Source of the DNA: Octopus vulgaris
Lineage: Eukaryota
Length of the DNA: 64,000 nucleotides
Reading direction: 5' to 3'
Assembly: GCA_951406725.2 (NCBI GenBank)
Contig: OX597818.1
Coordinates: 13,330,001-13,394,000, forward strand
The position numbers were made by a program, and so were the translations under genes. Within the stretch, counting starts at the first letter, position 1. The number at the start of each line of letters is the position of its first letter. A model generated the notes under the pieces. The model worked only from the letters and a program-made list of their open reading frames with translations. It searched no databases and was not told the DNA's origin. Shown piece after piece: positions 41,678 through 56,361 of this stretch.

Positions 41678-41680
<3 letters not shown>
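41489..41680 (+). mobile_element. Dispersed copy of the 18929-19450 family inside (TA)n
   Basis: Aligns to 19264-19450 and starts with CTGCATTATCCG. Confidence 0.9.
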
Positions 41681-41733
<53 letters not shown>

Positions 41734-41812
41734 TACCTGTGCACATGTAAATAAGGAAAAGGCAACGACTGCTAAGTTTCAGATCTTTAATACTCAAATA
41801 TAAATGTGTATA

Positions 41813-41878
<66 letters not shown>

Positions 41879-42108
41879 TACATTGTACATCAAACCCAAG
41901 GAGTTTTATCTCCCTTTTTTGCAACATTGTGTCAATATCTGCTGACATATATTCCCCTTATACCCATTCTTTGTCGTCGGTAAAGATTTCGGTGCTTATG
42001 CTCGAACATATTGAGCGCTACTAATAGCGATTTCCTTGTATACACATGTTAACCCTTTCTCTCTGTCTGTCTCTCTTTCTTTCTTTTCTCTCTCTCTCTC
42101 TCTCTCTC

Positions 42109-42194
<86 letters not shown>

Positions 42195-43679
42195 CATATA
42201 TATATAGATAGATAGATTTATATGTTACAGTTACAATATTTGGAAATATTAAATATCTAAATGAAATTGCAGAAAAGAAAAATTGACACAAACGTTTGCG
42301 AAGGAAATTCTCACATTGTGCTTACGTGCTTTGGTCTGTAAATTTTGCAAACACGTGCCAGGCGTTAATTTGTATTGAGAAAATAATTTTTGTGCTGTCA
42401 GATATAGAATTCTCATTAATTATTCTCCATTTGCCTTTCGTAGACCTTTAATTATTATACGTTGAACATAATATGTATTTTGAATTACTTATTTGCATAA
42501 TTGTCTAGATATTTACTACATGGAACATTCCTAAGGGATAATATTGAATTTCTTGTTTATATACTCATACAAGACACTTTTAAGTTTGATCGCGTTCGAC
42601 CTAAATAATTCTCTCTGCCGTTTGGATATGTGATGCAGTAAGTGTGATAGTTTAACCTTCAATTGGTGTTATTGCATTAGCATGCATATTAATATGTCTT
42701 TGTATCTTTACAGTGGATATCTGTTACAGTCGTTTCATTTTCTTTTATTACCAGGTTGTGTAAAAAGGAGGTCCCCTTTTATTCATTTCCATAATTAACC
42801 CGGACCACTTCATAAATGCTATCTATTAATTCAAGTAATCTTCTAAATGTTTTCCTTCTTTTGTGCAAAAATATAAGGTAGTCATCAGGATACTTTTTCC
42901 ATTTTCATATCAAATAGCATTGGAAATATTGATGAAAATTAATTCAGGAAATGGGCATAATATTTTTTCTTATACAAGAGATCCCTTTACTTGTGCCTCA
43001 AACCCGGTTACTGTAATCTGTAATTGTTTTCTATTGCCAATCGTAATTTATCAATTATAAATGTTTTGGGGAACCTCTCCTGAAAACATCGTGGGTATTT
43101 TTTAATCCACACCGTTAATGCTTATAATACTAACCGACGTCGGATATTTTTGTAGAAGCTGTTTACGTTGAGACTATTTAAAATCGTCTCTACAATTATG
43201 CTTTCTAAAACATTAGTCTTTATTATCTTTGATGAAACTACAGATCATTTTGCAATTTCGTTTCACGATTATGTCACATGAATTCTCAGTCAGAAAGTTT
43301 GAGAAATCTGGCAGTTCCTCAGTATCAAAGCAGTGCCGCATTATAGCCACAGTCAGTTGACTGACACAATTGAAGCATAATAGATATATTACGTGAATAT
43401 TCTTTAAGCCATTATGGTGTTCTTACAATTAATTGAGTGATTTTCTTTATTCTAAGTTTATCTGTACCGGATTTGAATTTTATGTAGAAATGTTAGCCAT
43501 ATAGTTGTTCTAGGACCATTTTTTTATAACGGGTCTTCTCACTTATCCCATCTTCTCAACTTTAACGATTTTAGATGAACGTTTGCTCTATATTTATACT
43601 GCTTGGTGTATATGGTTTGTAATTATAATGCTTGTTGTATATGGATCAGTGGTTGTGTATGTTGTTGTATATGGTTTAG

Positions 43680-43990
43680 TCATAGCTCAGTTGTTAGAGG
43701 GTCGGGCTCATGAGATTTCGATACCCTGACCGGGATGTGTATGTGATTCTTGAGCAAGACACTATTTCCCGTTGCTCCAATCCACTCAGCTGTAGAAATG
43801 AGATGCAACGTCACTTGGTGCCGAGCTGTATCGACCTTTGCTTTGCCTTGAATGTGGAGAGGGGAGGCTGGTATACATGGGCGACCGCTCGACTTCCGTA
43901 AAAAAACATTCCCCTGAATTGTGCCTCGGAGGGTAACATTCTAGGCACAATCTCAAGGCCATTCACGAACGAAGGCGGTCTTTTCACCCT
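43680..43990 (+). mobile_element. tRNA-derived CORE-like SINE
   Basis: TAGCTCAGTTGTTAGAG head, TTCGATACC B-box-like motif, CTTGAGCAAGACACT CORE-like motif. Confidence 0.7.
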
Positions 43991-44199
43991 GTATATGTTT
44001 TGCTGGAATGCTTGAGCCTGCTGATCTTACATTATGGACACATTATGAACACATTATGACACATTATACATTTCTCTAAATGTTTATTCTTGTTTGTAGG
44101 AGGTTGAAATGCTGTTTTGTTTTTCTCGCATGTGATAGGTTTCCATAATGTTTCGTTTTGGAAAAAATATAGAAGACGAAACTTTCCGCAAAAGTCCTT

Positions 44200-44625
44200 C
44201 GTGAAGCAAAACATCCCCAGATATGGTAAATTATGCCTAAAGCAAACAAAAAAGAAATCCTTTTCAATGTCATACGAAGAAACTCTTGCAGTGAGGGTAA
44301 AGATAATTATACAACTAGGAATATTCCAATTATATTCACAAATAAAATATCTCATTTACTGCAACATATGACCACAATGCATTGAGAATTGTAGCGGCCG
44401 AACAGCATCAAAATTGATAAATCGTATGAGAATATATAAACAAGATATTAAAGATTATCTTCAATGAATGAGGAAAGCTCCATGTGGAAAAGATCTAGAT
44501 AGCTGCGCAAATGTAAAATGCAAAATACTTTATTTTTCAAAAGAAAATACAGGAAAAATATGATAATCTACGGAAAACAAAGAAGAATGTTTTATAAGAA
44601 TTCTACATCCGACACTAAACTGGAA
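44200..44625 (+). mobile_element. Decayed Penelope GIY-YIG fragment
   Basis: KYLIYC..*PQC....GRT...LINRMRIYKQDIKD...KEECFIRILHPTLN parallels 29680-29965. Confidence 0.65.
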
Positions 44626-44804
44626 GTAATAAATACCAGAACTAAAACAAATTCCTCTCTACAGATTAACCATTAAGACGTGTGTTTGAAACAATTATGC
44701 TTACAGACTACGAAAACTGAAATTCCCAAAAGATTCGTCATTCTGTTTTCCTAAGATATTTCCAAATAGTTAATACGTTTTTATGAAAATCAAGCTAAAA
44801 ATAT

Positions 44805-44937
44805 GCGTACATACTTACATACATACACGCATACATACATACATAGATACACACATACATACATACATACATACATACATACATACATACATACATACAT
44901 ACATACATACATACATACATACACATATACATACATA
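44805..44937. repeat. (TACA)n microsatellite
   Basis: Direct reading. Confidence 0.95.
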
Positions 44938-47900
44938 CCATTTATATATAGGAGTATTTCATTTAAAATTAGCGCCAATATTTCAGTCAGTAAACATGTA
45001 TGGACGACTGTTATTCTTGCTGGTAGACTGCAATATCATGAACGTTTACATTTCCGTCTTATTTATAAATGTTTGTGAACGTTTTTCGAAACTGACGAAG
45101 TAGCAAGTTTAATATTGTTTGATGAATGTTTTAATGTGGCTGGTGAAAGGTTTCGTTATAATCAGTTTAAATGATAGCAATATGAAATACGACAAATATA
45201 GTGAAATATCGATCTTAAAGGCCAAACCACATGCACGTAATGATAATTTGAACACTTGAAATGTGCGTAATATCTTTTTCCAAACGTACACTAATGCATT
45301 ATACACCTGTTGTTTGTTTATGTTCTTTAGAAAGAAAAGAATGTCTTACTTCCGTGCTATCACACAATTGATTTCTCAATCTTTCAACCAATATTCCTAT
45401 TGACGTACTTCCGTCCCAACTGCAGTATCTTCACATCACCATGACGAAAAGCTTGGTCTCCGTCAAATGTTTGCATTATGAGTGATGGCAAAGATAGGAA
45501 ATCATAAAACGAATACCATATTCGCTTTGGAGCTTTTTAATATGAGCAACACATTAAAATATATCATGTGCATCATATGCGAGTAACAGTATTGGGCGAG
45601 CAATGTTCTATAGACTTTAGAATATAATACGTTACAATACAGGTACATGGTTTTCAGTTTTCAAGTTAAGTATTCTGTCAAGAATGTTATGGACTTACGC
45701 GAAGTAACTTAGTAAATTTCATGCAGCGTGAACTACTAAGCCTAAGCCATTTTTGTATTGTAGCCTTTCAGCAAAGCAACTCTTCTCCAAAAAATAGAAG
45801 ATCACACTTATAAGTTATGGCATATATTGTGCGTAATACAAGCACCACCTAAAAGTATCGTCAGACATGTTTGAGACGAATTTACTCTATAAGCGTTAAA
45901 ACTTGAGTGATATGAGTAAGTAATGATCAGAGCTATATTTTATCGCAAGCATACGTAAGATTGAAACTTAGAATGAATAGGTATCATTTGCCAATATTAT
46001 TTGTGATTGACAGATGTTTCCGAATTATATAATTTTCTATGTCAAATATGAATAGTAATGACAGTATATTTCCCTTAAATTTAGTGCATATAAACTTCGT
46101 GTGTACATCTCTCTTCAACCTTCCATCCTATGTAAAACTGAAAAAAATATGATATGGATTTGATATTAATTCATGTGAATTAAAAACATTTCCGAGTATT
46201 TTCCCCATTGATTATTCTTAAAAATGTTTTCAATCTCGATTTCAAACTTATAATTAATGTCATTCTAATAATCATAATCCGTAAATAAAGTAATCAGTTT
46301 CATTTTAAAATTTATTGAATTGAGGCACTCACGAACTTCATTTCTAATTTCTCCTGTGTTTTATAAGTTGTTTATATTCAACCTACATAAACACATTTGA
46401 AGTTTTCTGTATGTTATTGCCGATGGGGTATATGTGATATTTTCGAGAGCATTACTTTACAGTGTGTTTCTGTAATAATCTAGACGACAGCTGCTTAAAT
46501 GACAACGCTGTACGTTGTGTATGATATTCTATAATGACTGTTTGTAGTAGTGTGCCTAAAGGCAAATCTCAGTGGTTAATATCTAGAGATAATATATAAA
46601 TGTAAATATTTATCTGTATCCTCGTCAATAAATCACATTAAAAAGATTGTCATATAATTTGTGTGTGATACGAGTAAATAAACAAAATATTAACAATAAC
46701 AACACAATTTTACTAATATTTAAACAGAATATTAAATAACGAAGATATATGAATTACGTTTCTCGGAGACAAAAATTTGGTTATGATTTAGGTTCATTTC
46801 ACATAATTCTAAATGTTGGAATCTAGACATTAACCAAATTTAAGTAGTTGAGAAATATTAGCAAATATTATTTTATACAAAAGATTTAAACATTGCTTTA
46901 TATATTGCATCTTAATACATTAACCCTTCTCATTTGTGTTTTCCGCTCTGACTTGTATTAAAAACATTTCTTTCTAATATAGGCATAAGACCCTAAACTT
47001 GTGGCGAGCAGGGGTAAGTCAATTTCTGCCTACTTTTGTTTGCTGTGTATAACAATTCCCAGAATATCCAAATTAGTTTCCAGTTTGTAATATGTTACGT
47101 GCTGTGTATAAGTTTAAATGTGTGCGATATCACGTGAAAATTACTTGACGTTAATAATCTGAAATAAGATATTACACTTTGAAAGTAATGTCTCTACAAC
47201 ATATTTGTCTTAATTACTTAATGAAATTGTGTAAAGTATATAAATATCCAGTCCTTTGTGTACAGAAGCTGTTACTGTGGTTACAAAAGCTGTAAATTTG
47301 ATAGTAAGTGGCACAACAAAGAATGGTAAAGCAGCAACACTTTCTTCCTACCAACGGAACGCTATTTCCATGCATTTTATTGCTTTGTAGTTATTTATTG
47401 GTCAATTATTTCCAGTTACACATTTCACAGATTCGAAGAAGGAAATATATAGATTCACATCACTATTGTGTATCATGCATGTTTAAATATGAATATATTG
47501 CCTTCCTATATGTTTCATTACAAGTATTCTCTCTTTAGAATTTAACGAACTACTGCTTTGTTTTTTTATTCATCTATTCGAATCCCTAATAGAAAGATAT
47601 GGCAAAATATGCAACAGGTCCTTATGACAGTGTTCTGAAAATGAACGAACGTAATCAATGATATATCATAAACTGCAACATGCTTTTGGCAGTCTTATGA
47701 CATTAATTGTGATACATTGATGACTATCTTAATTTAATACTGTTTCGGAAAAAATATAAATATACAAATGCAGGGCTACTGGAATATAAACATATAAATG
47801 CACACGCTACATACCCTGCCACCCCCACACGCACACGCACATATGCGATTTTCTATTTATGAATATCTGAGTCGCTTTGTACGAACCAAATTGTATTGCG

Positions 47901-48099
47901 ACATGAAAAATAAACGTTTCAATCCATTCTAACATCTAATCACCTCTATGACATAAATATGAATGAATTTGTTGAACTTCGCTTAATAAGTTAAATCCTG
48001 TACTGATTATTTATATATATTTTGATATAATGGACTCCAACTTCCTTCGTCAATATAAATATTACTTTGTCTTTGAAAGCTATAATAAAGCTATACTAC

Positions 48100-49047
48100 T
48101 TAAAGATATACTACTCCTCCCGCCCAAATTTCAGTCTATCATAACAGCCTCTAATACATGAAAACTTTCTCCTCTATTATCACAACTTACACTGTAGCAA
48201 CTCTGAATATACGACCGGCTAATATATATATAGCTCCAATATCGAACCCTATACTTTAGACCATAACGGAAACCCTACCAATCCCACTAGCACTAACCAG
48301 AATACTACAACTACAACTTCCACCACAATTACAGACAGGATAAATACCGACAACGATAGAAATTGTAATGATAGGAGTAAAAATAATGTTAACAACATAG
48401 AACAATCTACTCCAATCTCTAACCTCATCTCTGACAGTATTAACCCCTCCATTCTTGAGAACAATCCCCACGGTGCACTAAGATGCAACTGCCGTTGGGA
48501 ACCATCTGTCCTCAATAACTCATTGCAGAAGGTGTAATGTAATTTATAAATGCACCGTCTTCAACACGTTACACAATTCTACAACCATATATATAAAATC
48601 AAATATAAATTTTAAACAGTGATACGCTGCGCATCTCAATTCTTTTACATACAAAATACATAGAATTCCACAACACTCCCCAGTCACATACATCAACTCA
48701 GAAACAGAAACATTCCCTGCAACTTGTCATGGTCCATAATAGATTCAAGGCTTCTATACCAAGCTTAACGCTCAGCCTGTAAGTTATGCCTAAAAGAGGC
48801 ACTCAATATATTAAAACACAACTCTTCAATACTACTAAATAAATATAATGAGGCCCTTGGTACATGCAACTAACGTTTTTTCATACATTCAAATTTTACA
48901 ACAAATCTAAATGCAATTAAAATTACCACATAGCTCATATCCCGAACACACTCAGGTAATCCCCAACAAGCCTATTTGACTTTCCATTAATACTACACAT
49001 ACATGGGTATGCGTATGCGCATGCAGATGTATGTGCGTATGTATATG

Positions 49048-49128
<81 letters not shown>

Positions 49129-50330
49129 ATGCATGTGTGTGTTAGCGTGTACATGTGTGTACGTATGCCTGTATGCGTTTATATGTACGCACGAATATGC
49201 GTATATGCATGTATTTATGGGTATGCGTGTGTGTGCATATATATATATGTATGAATATGTATGTGTGTATATATGTGTGTATGCATGCATGCGTATGTAT
49301 GTATATGTATACGTGTGTATACCTATATGTATGTATGCGTGTATATATGCATGCATTCGTACGGGTTTAAATACACATGTACGCATGCCTATATGATAAT
49401 GCATACACGTACACTTATATGTACATATATGCGCGCGTGCATAAATCGATATACACTTCTTTCTTTCTGTCTGATTCCTCTAACCATACTCACATTAGCC
49501 AGCAGAATAAACACAAAATTCTATTTGTACAAACTTGACCAGTCATAGTATTTTCCTCTTCCGTTTTGTAGTTTACTACTCACTTTCAAAACACCCCTCC
49601 TATTGCTTTTTCTGTACCTGTCCTTTAGTGTCATTCTAACATACTACCCCAACTCACAAACTTTACACTTATTTACTACTTACATTCTTATCTCTTCGTA
49701 CCCTTCCCCTACTCCACTTCCATCCCATCATATTATCTGGACCACCAACACATACTCTTTTTTCACATTTTTTCACTTTCTTACACTTTTTATTAATTTT
49801 ATTTTCTCTTTCTCTTTCTTAACCTCTTCTTTCCTCACATTTTCGTTTGACCTGTCTCTTCATTTTAACATACACTTTTCTTCTCCCCTCTCTCTCCACT
49901 TAATACTGCCACTACATTCTCAAATTTTCATTCACACCACACGACACTACATCTCCAAACTTTCCATTGTGATGAAAATATATGAACTCCTATTGGAATT
50001 TACATACCACGGACAAGAAGCATGTCTGCTACTTTTACACATCACTTTCCTTGGATAATGGGACTGCAACTATAACATTTTATACATTTTAATTTTTATT
50101 TCTACATCCATTCTCCTATTTCCCTACATACTCATTATTCGTTTCCTTTTCCAATATAACTCCGTATATTGAACTCTAATAATTCCCTCTATTTAACCAT
50201 ATCACATCGTCTCTGATAAAGGGAAATCCCTAATATTCCAGAAAGACCTGTAAGACTAACTTTCACTTTATATATGTCCTGAAAAGTCCACACAGCGTTG
50301 GTTTTATTGTCTCATTTTATTTAACACACA
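48100..50330 (+). mobile_element. Decayed Penelope-like 3' portion: Asn/Thr-rich linker, GIY-YIG remnant, pyrimidine-rich tail and degenerate HHR at 50209-50256; interrupted by a microsatellite at 48995-49450
   Basis: CNCR, NVIYKCTV and CKLCLKEA motifs; GUCU CUGAUAA..GGAA..UUCC.GAAA gaccu GUA AGAC. Confidence 0.6.
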
Positions 50331-50882
50331 CACAAACACACACATATATATTGAAATTTAACATCGGTAATTCTGCATTGTGTTACGCGGTTTATTGAAT
50401 TCCACCCATGAAGAATATATATTCTTTGTGGTATTCTCTTCATACACCATAGTCATGTGCTCTTAGCAGAAGTGCCTTTAGTTTTCATCTTAGTTTCTTC
50501 CTTTTATATGTTTCATTCCTCATTTTATTTAAGCATATTTATATATTTATTTTTTCTGATATATGAATGTTGACACGGCTATCAATATTAAATAACCCTC
50601 AGTAACATTTTTACCAAAATTTTAGGTAAACTGCTTTTTTTTTCAACTAACAGAGGAAAGCAGTTATTTTTTCAGATTTGATCTTTCTATTTTCAGATTT
50701 GATCTTCCTGCATCAATTCTGAGAGAATCAGAATTTACAGAATCAGACTAATTGCATACAGATTATTTTAAATATAATTCAAATAACAATATATTTTTTT
50801 TAAATGACGAGACCATAATACTTAGATATTCTGTACATACCTCAGTCTACCACTTTTGAAAGCATATGACACTGTAATATTT

Positions 50883-51275
50883 ACTTCTTTCATTCATTTG
50901 ACTACAGCCATGCTGGAACACTGCCTTGAAGTGGTTTTGAGAAGCAAATAGACCCCAGGATATAACTTTTTTAAAGCCTAGTACTTATCCTACCGGTCTT
51001 TTTTGCTGATTCGCTACGTTTCAGGGACATAGACACAACAACGGTTGTCTCAGACACGCAAATATACATCTGTGTGTGCGCTTATGTGTGTGTCTGTATG
51101 CATGACTGGCTTCTTTCTGTTTTCTAGTACCAAATCTACCCTCAAGGATTTGGTCGACCCGAGCTGATAGTACATGCATTGAGGTTACATGCATTGAGTC
51201 TGAAGCCAGAACCACGTGGTTGAGAACTAAGCTTCTTACCAAATAGCTAAGATTTCGTCCTACAGCGCCCCACTG
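50883..51275 (-). mobile_element. Composite SINE (family of 9040-9452)
   Basis: CATTTGACTACAGCCATGCTGGAACAC...CTACCAAATC-like blocks align with 9053-9452. Confidence 0.8.
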
Positions 51276-51281
51276 CATATA

Positions 51282-51601
51282 CACATTCCCCTCGACTTAC
51301 GACCGAGTTCCGTTCCAACTGACAGATTGTTAAATCTAACTGGTCGTATGTCAGGTTTATATTTTACTATTTTCATAAAACGGAAATGATACTTAAATGC
51401 GATTCAGTAAGAGACAGTGATTGACAGTGGGTCTCAGGGAGACTTGGGTTGGCAGGAGCTGTCATGGTTATCGAACGCGTAGCTACTCAACGTTCGAAAA
51501 TTGATGTTTCATTTTTGTATTTTTATTTTGCAATTTATTTTTGTGGTCGAAAGTACGGATGCTAGAAAGTCGCATAGGCCGTAAGTCGAGGAGGCGTACT
51601 T
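51282..51601. mobile_element. Tigger/pogo-like MITE
   Basis: Inverted termini CCTCGACTTACGACC (51290-51304) and GGCCGTAAGTCGAGG (51577-51591). Confidence 0.65.
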
Positions 51602-52133
51602 CAACCGTGCTCTTTTCCCTATAGTTTCTAACGAATGAAGGCGGAGAATTATCATTCCTTCGAATCTGTAACGATCATTGTTATTACAATGACATAATTC
51701 ATTGTTTTATCTAAATTATCTTAACATCATGTTTACTCTCATTGTGAGATGACATGTGTATTTGAAAAATAAAAGGATATTTCCCTTTCACAAGTCTTCA
51801 TACTAATATTCTATGAATCATCACGCATAAATACACATATAGACACAAACATACACAGACATATACATAAATAGACACACACACACTTATAGATAACTAC
51901 TACTCTAATGTAGCACTTAAATATTATAATTTACATGTTGTGTTTCACGTTTAGCATTTGCAAAGAAGAAATACAGGCATAAATATGTGTACCTTATGCG
52001 TCCATAAATATGCATAATGCATATATCTGTATATGCATAAATGCACTATTTAATATACACACATATAAACATAGGCATATACAGACACAGACACGCAACC
52101 ACACATATATGTGTGTATATAAATATATATATA

Positions 52134-53148
52134 TAGGGGTTAGACAAGATAATGAAACACCTAACAGCATAGCATCATAATTTTGAAATAGCTATAAAAC
52201 CGTCAAGAGTTCCTTTATTTTTATGGTTTTTGATTTATTATTAGTGTTGCTTAATGTTTCGTCGAAACAAGACTCCGGAAGAAAACAAAAATTTTCAGAC
52301 AGTTATATGAATTGTCAAAAAGGATCACAAAATTACAGCTCCCAAAATTACTGCAGAGCTTAATAACCACCTTGAGAACCCGGTTTCCTCAAAAGAATGT
52401 TCTCCAGGAGCTCTATAAAGCCGGATTTCACGGGAGGGCTGCAATCAGAAAACCATTTCTTTCAAAAACAAATGCTGCAAAGCGTTTAGAGTAGAGTAAA
52501 AACCTACAGATTCGTCCCTTGAGCAGTGGAAGAACGTTGTTTTCTCGGACGAATCATCCTTTACCTTATTTCTGACCATCGGAAAGAAGTATTTGATCCA
52601 GACTGCATTCTTCCAACTGTTAAACATGGAGGAGGACCTGTGATGATCGGGGAGTGGGGAGTTATATATTGGAAATCCGCCAGCCCAATAGTTTCCGTTC
52701 ATGGCAGAATTAATAGTCAAGACGATGTAAGCATTTTATCTGATCATATTCATCCTGTGGTTGCGGAACTGTTTCTGGAGGGAAAGGCAAACTTTCAAGA
52801 TGATAATGTACCTACTCATACAGCTACAATTGTTACTGAATGGCACGAGGAACATTCTAGTGAAGTTGAACATCTTATCCGACCACCACAGTCCCCAGAT
52901 TTCAATGTTATTGAACATTCATGGTACGTTTTAGAAAAAGAAGTAAGGAATCGATATCCTCCACCATCCTCTCTACAACAACCATTGACTTCTTTAGCTG
53001 AAGAAAGGACAACAATTCTTTTGGAAACAATTGAAACTGCGTACGAGTCCATACCTCGTAAAATTCAAGCTGAAATTACTGCCAAAGGCGGTCCTACCTC
53101 ATATTAAAATTAATTTTAAAGTGTTTCCATTATTTTGCCCAACCCCTG
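52134..53148 (+). mobile_element. Tc1-like (DD34E) transposon, internally deleted
   Basis: TIRs AGGGGTTAGACAAGATAATGAAACAC / GTGTTTCCATTATTTTGCCCAACCCCTG with TA flanks; motifs FSDESSF, PTVKHGGG, FQDDN, PPQSPDFNVIEHSW. Confidence 0.93.
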
Positions 53149-53173
53149 TATATATATATGTATGTGTGTGCGA

Positions 53174-53218
<45 letters not shown>

Positions 53219-55431
53219 AACAGAGAGAGAAAGAGGGAGAGAGATAGAGGTAGACGATGCAAGAAATAATGTTTTACATTCGTGTATATTTTGTACGTAG
53301 TCATTTTTTCTTCCTCATTTGCCTAAACTTCCTATTTGACATAGTATATGTTGATCTGTTTCGAGTATCTGATTGCATACAGCAGACCGAATCAGAGCAT
53401 TGTGAGAGTAATTACTTATGCCAAAATGAATATTACGGAGAAAGAATCTGTCTGCATACCTATGTTTTTTACGTATTTTCTTTCCAAAATTTCTTGTGTA
53501 ATATATATTTCTTTTGTAAAGCTTCTATGTTGCCACATGAGATTATACTAATGCACTAGCATACAAGATATAAATATTTTGCTTGATGTTGAGAACGTAA
53601 TCGAATATTCATTGTGTAGAATTTTAGGATATTTTTTCTTCTGAATGTTGAAGTTCTGAAAGGTCTTTCTATAGAGTATACATTTTACACCGATGCCTAC
53701 TAGAGGTGATAGATGGGAACGTTATGTATTTTTAAGATGGAATTCTTCAAACCTTATTTCATTAGTGAAACATATAACGTTAATGACAGCAGGTATTTTG
53801 TGGAGATATAATTCTATACCATTAAGGTGGTACGACGTTTTGATCTTTCAAGTGTTTTGTTGTTATGAAATGCAAATCGCTTTTATGAATTAAATTTTAG
53901 GCAAATAAATAGCTCGGAAACTCGCATCGGCCAATTTCTTTCAAGTCGAATCTTATACTTGCATACAAATATAATCCAATATCGTATAACTATCCCGAAT
54001 ATATATGAATAAATATCAATATATTTAATATAATATGACTTTCATGTAATATTATTGATCATAACAACTCTTAGAATATAGTATTGTATACTGATTTTTA
54101 GTAGCACACATGGGATTCCAACGATGACTAGATTATCAGTTTCTGGACCATTTTAAGTTTATTGCCTCTGTAACTTATGTATAGAATAGAACTGCCATTG
54201 ACAGCTTCAGTTTTATTATGAATATTCCGTAAACTATCTTTCAGTCGTTAACTAGTATTTCATTTTGATAGGATGTTTGATGTATAACATTGATAGGCGT
54301 TCAGCATTACCATTGACACATCTGACATTTCGAGGCTTTTCAATATAATATATTGTCTATGTATAATATACTGGAAAGAGGTTTGCAGCCAGTGAAATAT
54401 CAAAAACAATATCTTTTCAAATGATGATCGTAATATACAATTCAATAAAATATCCAATACTATTATATCAACATCATGGATATATTGAGAAATACACGAA
54501 CATACCAGTTTTCGTACATATCCTTGAAAGTACGTATGTGAACATGGGCCTGTACGAAGACGATGAACTATCGCAAGAACTATCATAACGATGTTACTGT
54601 GACAGGGAAGAGAAGATATAGCAATATTTAACAAATCCAGTATTTCGAAGCTTTAACTATATATTCAAGTTTTGCGAATAATATCTGTTTATTTACACTT
54701 CATATGACACATAGACTAAACTTAGAATTTTAAACTGTATCAAATTGATTAAAATAAAAGGATAACAAATTAAAGAATATAATATGATAGAATATATTTC
54801 AGCAATTCAACTACAATATAACCATTAAGTTTGGTTTTCAAAACCATCATAGCTGACTATTTTCTGTTTATAACATATCGATTTCCTGTAAGGCAAAGAA
54901 TTACACCAGTTATTTAGCAGATATAATGTAAAATGTGTTTCAGTTTGTATAAAATAAATTTCAAGTATCTTAATGTAAAGCTAAAATGAAAGTATGTATG
55001 ATGTGAAGTCGATCCAATAAACCATCATTTGTTACATAATCATGTCAGGTATATAAGAGGATTTCTCCTGGAATGCTTCCAGCAAAGTAAATTATAGGGA
55101 AATTTCAAATGAAGATATATACTTCATAGGAGAATAATATAAACATTGTCTGCGAGGTTGTTGTAACGGAGAACGCCATGTTCCACAGTATAGTAAACTT
55201 GGGAGAGTTCAAGATAAAACATAAAATGATGCTCGTTGGGGTAATTTAAATGAAGCTTCTTCATTCACAGATAGACTAATTCATAAGGCAATAACTAAAA
55301 TATCAAATGGCAGCTTAAAACAATTCTTATTGCATAAAAGTTTCTTCACTGACACACATACACACGTACTCTCACACATACACACATACACAACAACAGC
55401 AACAACCACAACAACACATATATATGTGAGC

Positions 55432-55470
<39 letters not shown>

Positions 55471-56092
55471 AAACTAAATGTGTAATATATAGATGTAATG
55501 TTACATCAGAATGCAACAAATAATTTTACCTCGGCGCAGCAGAATTAATTTTCAAAAAGAGACTGGTTAATCACTTAGGTAGATTTAGAGATAAAAATAA
55601 AAGATTCTAAACAAGTAAGCTAACCTGATATATTAAAGACTATACTATCAACTGGCAATCAATTAGTACTGCAAAACCATACCGACCAGGAGCTAATAAA
55701 TGTGAATGATGTTTAGAAGAATTTTACCGAACTTTTACATCTAAGGGTAGTATAATAATTTCTAGACAGGAACAATTTTTAAAACGCATGCATATGAGGA
55801 AAGTTACCTTTGCTCAATATAAATGAGCAATAAACAATAAAACCACAGGATGTTTTGAAATTACTCGCTACAAGTGATTATCCAATAAACACTTGAAGAT
55901 ATTTTGCGTTTGACTGAATTAACGAACAACTCCACATCATACAACATAGAGTACATAAGCGAAAGACTTTAAAGAATTAAATCAAAGTATATTAAAGTGA
56001 AGACCCTGAAGAAGCTGCAGCAATATAATAGTAGGGTTGCAATTGCAACGTTTAGTATTCGATGCAGTAGAAATATTTGTACGTCTATTTAA

Positions 56093-56139
<47 letters not shown>

Positions 56140-56284
56140 CAGGGCAAGACTGCTAGGTAGTCGGCCGTATGCTAGAACTAAGACATTTGAAATTTTATCC
56201 CTAATGTAATCGGTAAAACTAAGCACGTGTCTGTCTTGGCACAGAAAGCTGGGGTTAGTTTTCAGATTGCATTTACACTGAACG

Positions 56285-56361
56285 ATTGTACTGATGAGGC
56301 CACGGACATTTGAATTATTTAAGTAATTCTTTTGTTAAAGGCCGAAACCGAGGTATGCAAT
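56285..56361 (+). ncRNA. Type I hammerhead ribozyme (copy 1)
   Basis: AUUGUA CUGAUGA GGCC...GGCC GAAA CC ga GG UA^UGCAAU. Confidence 0.9.
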
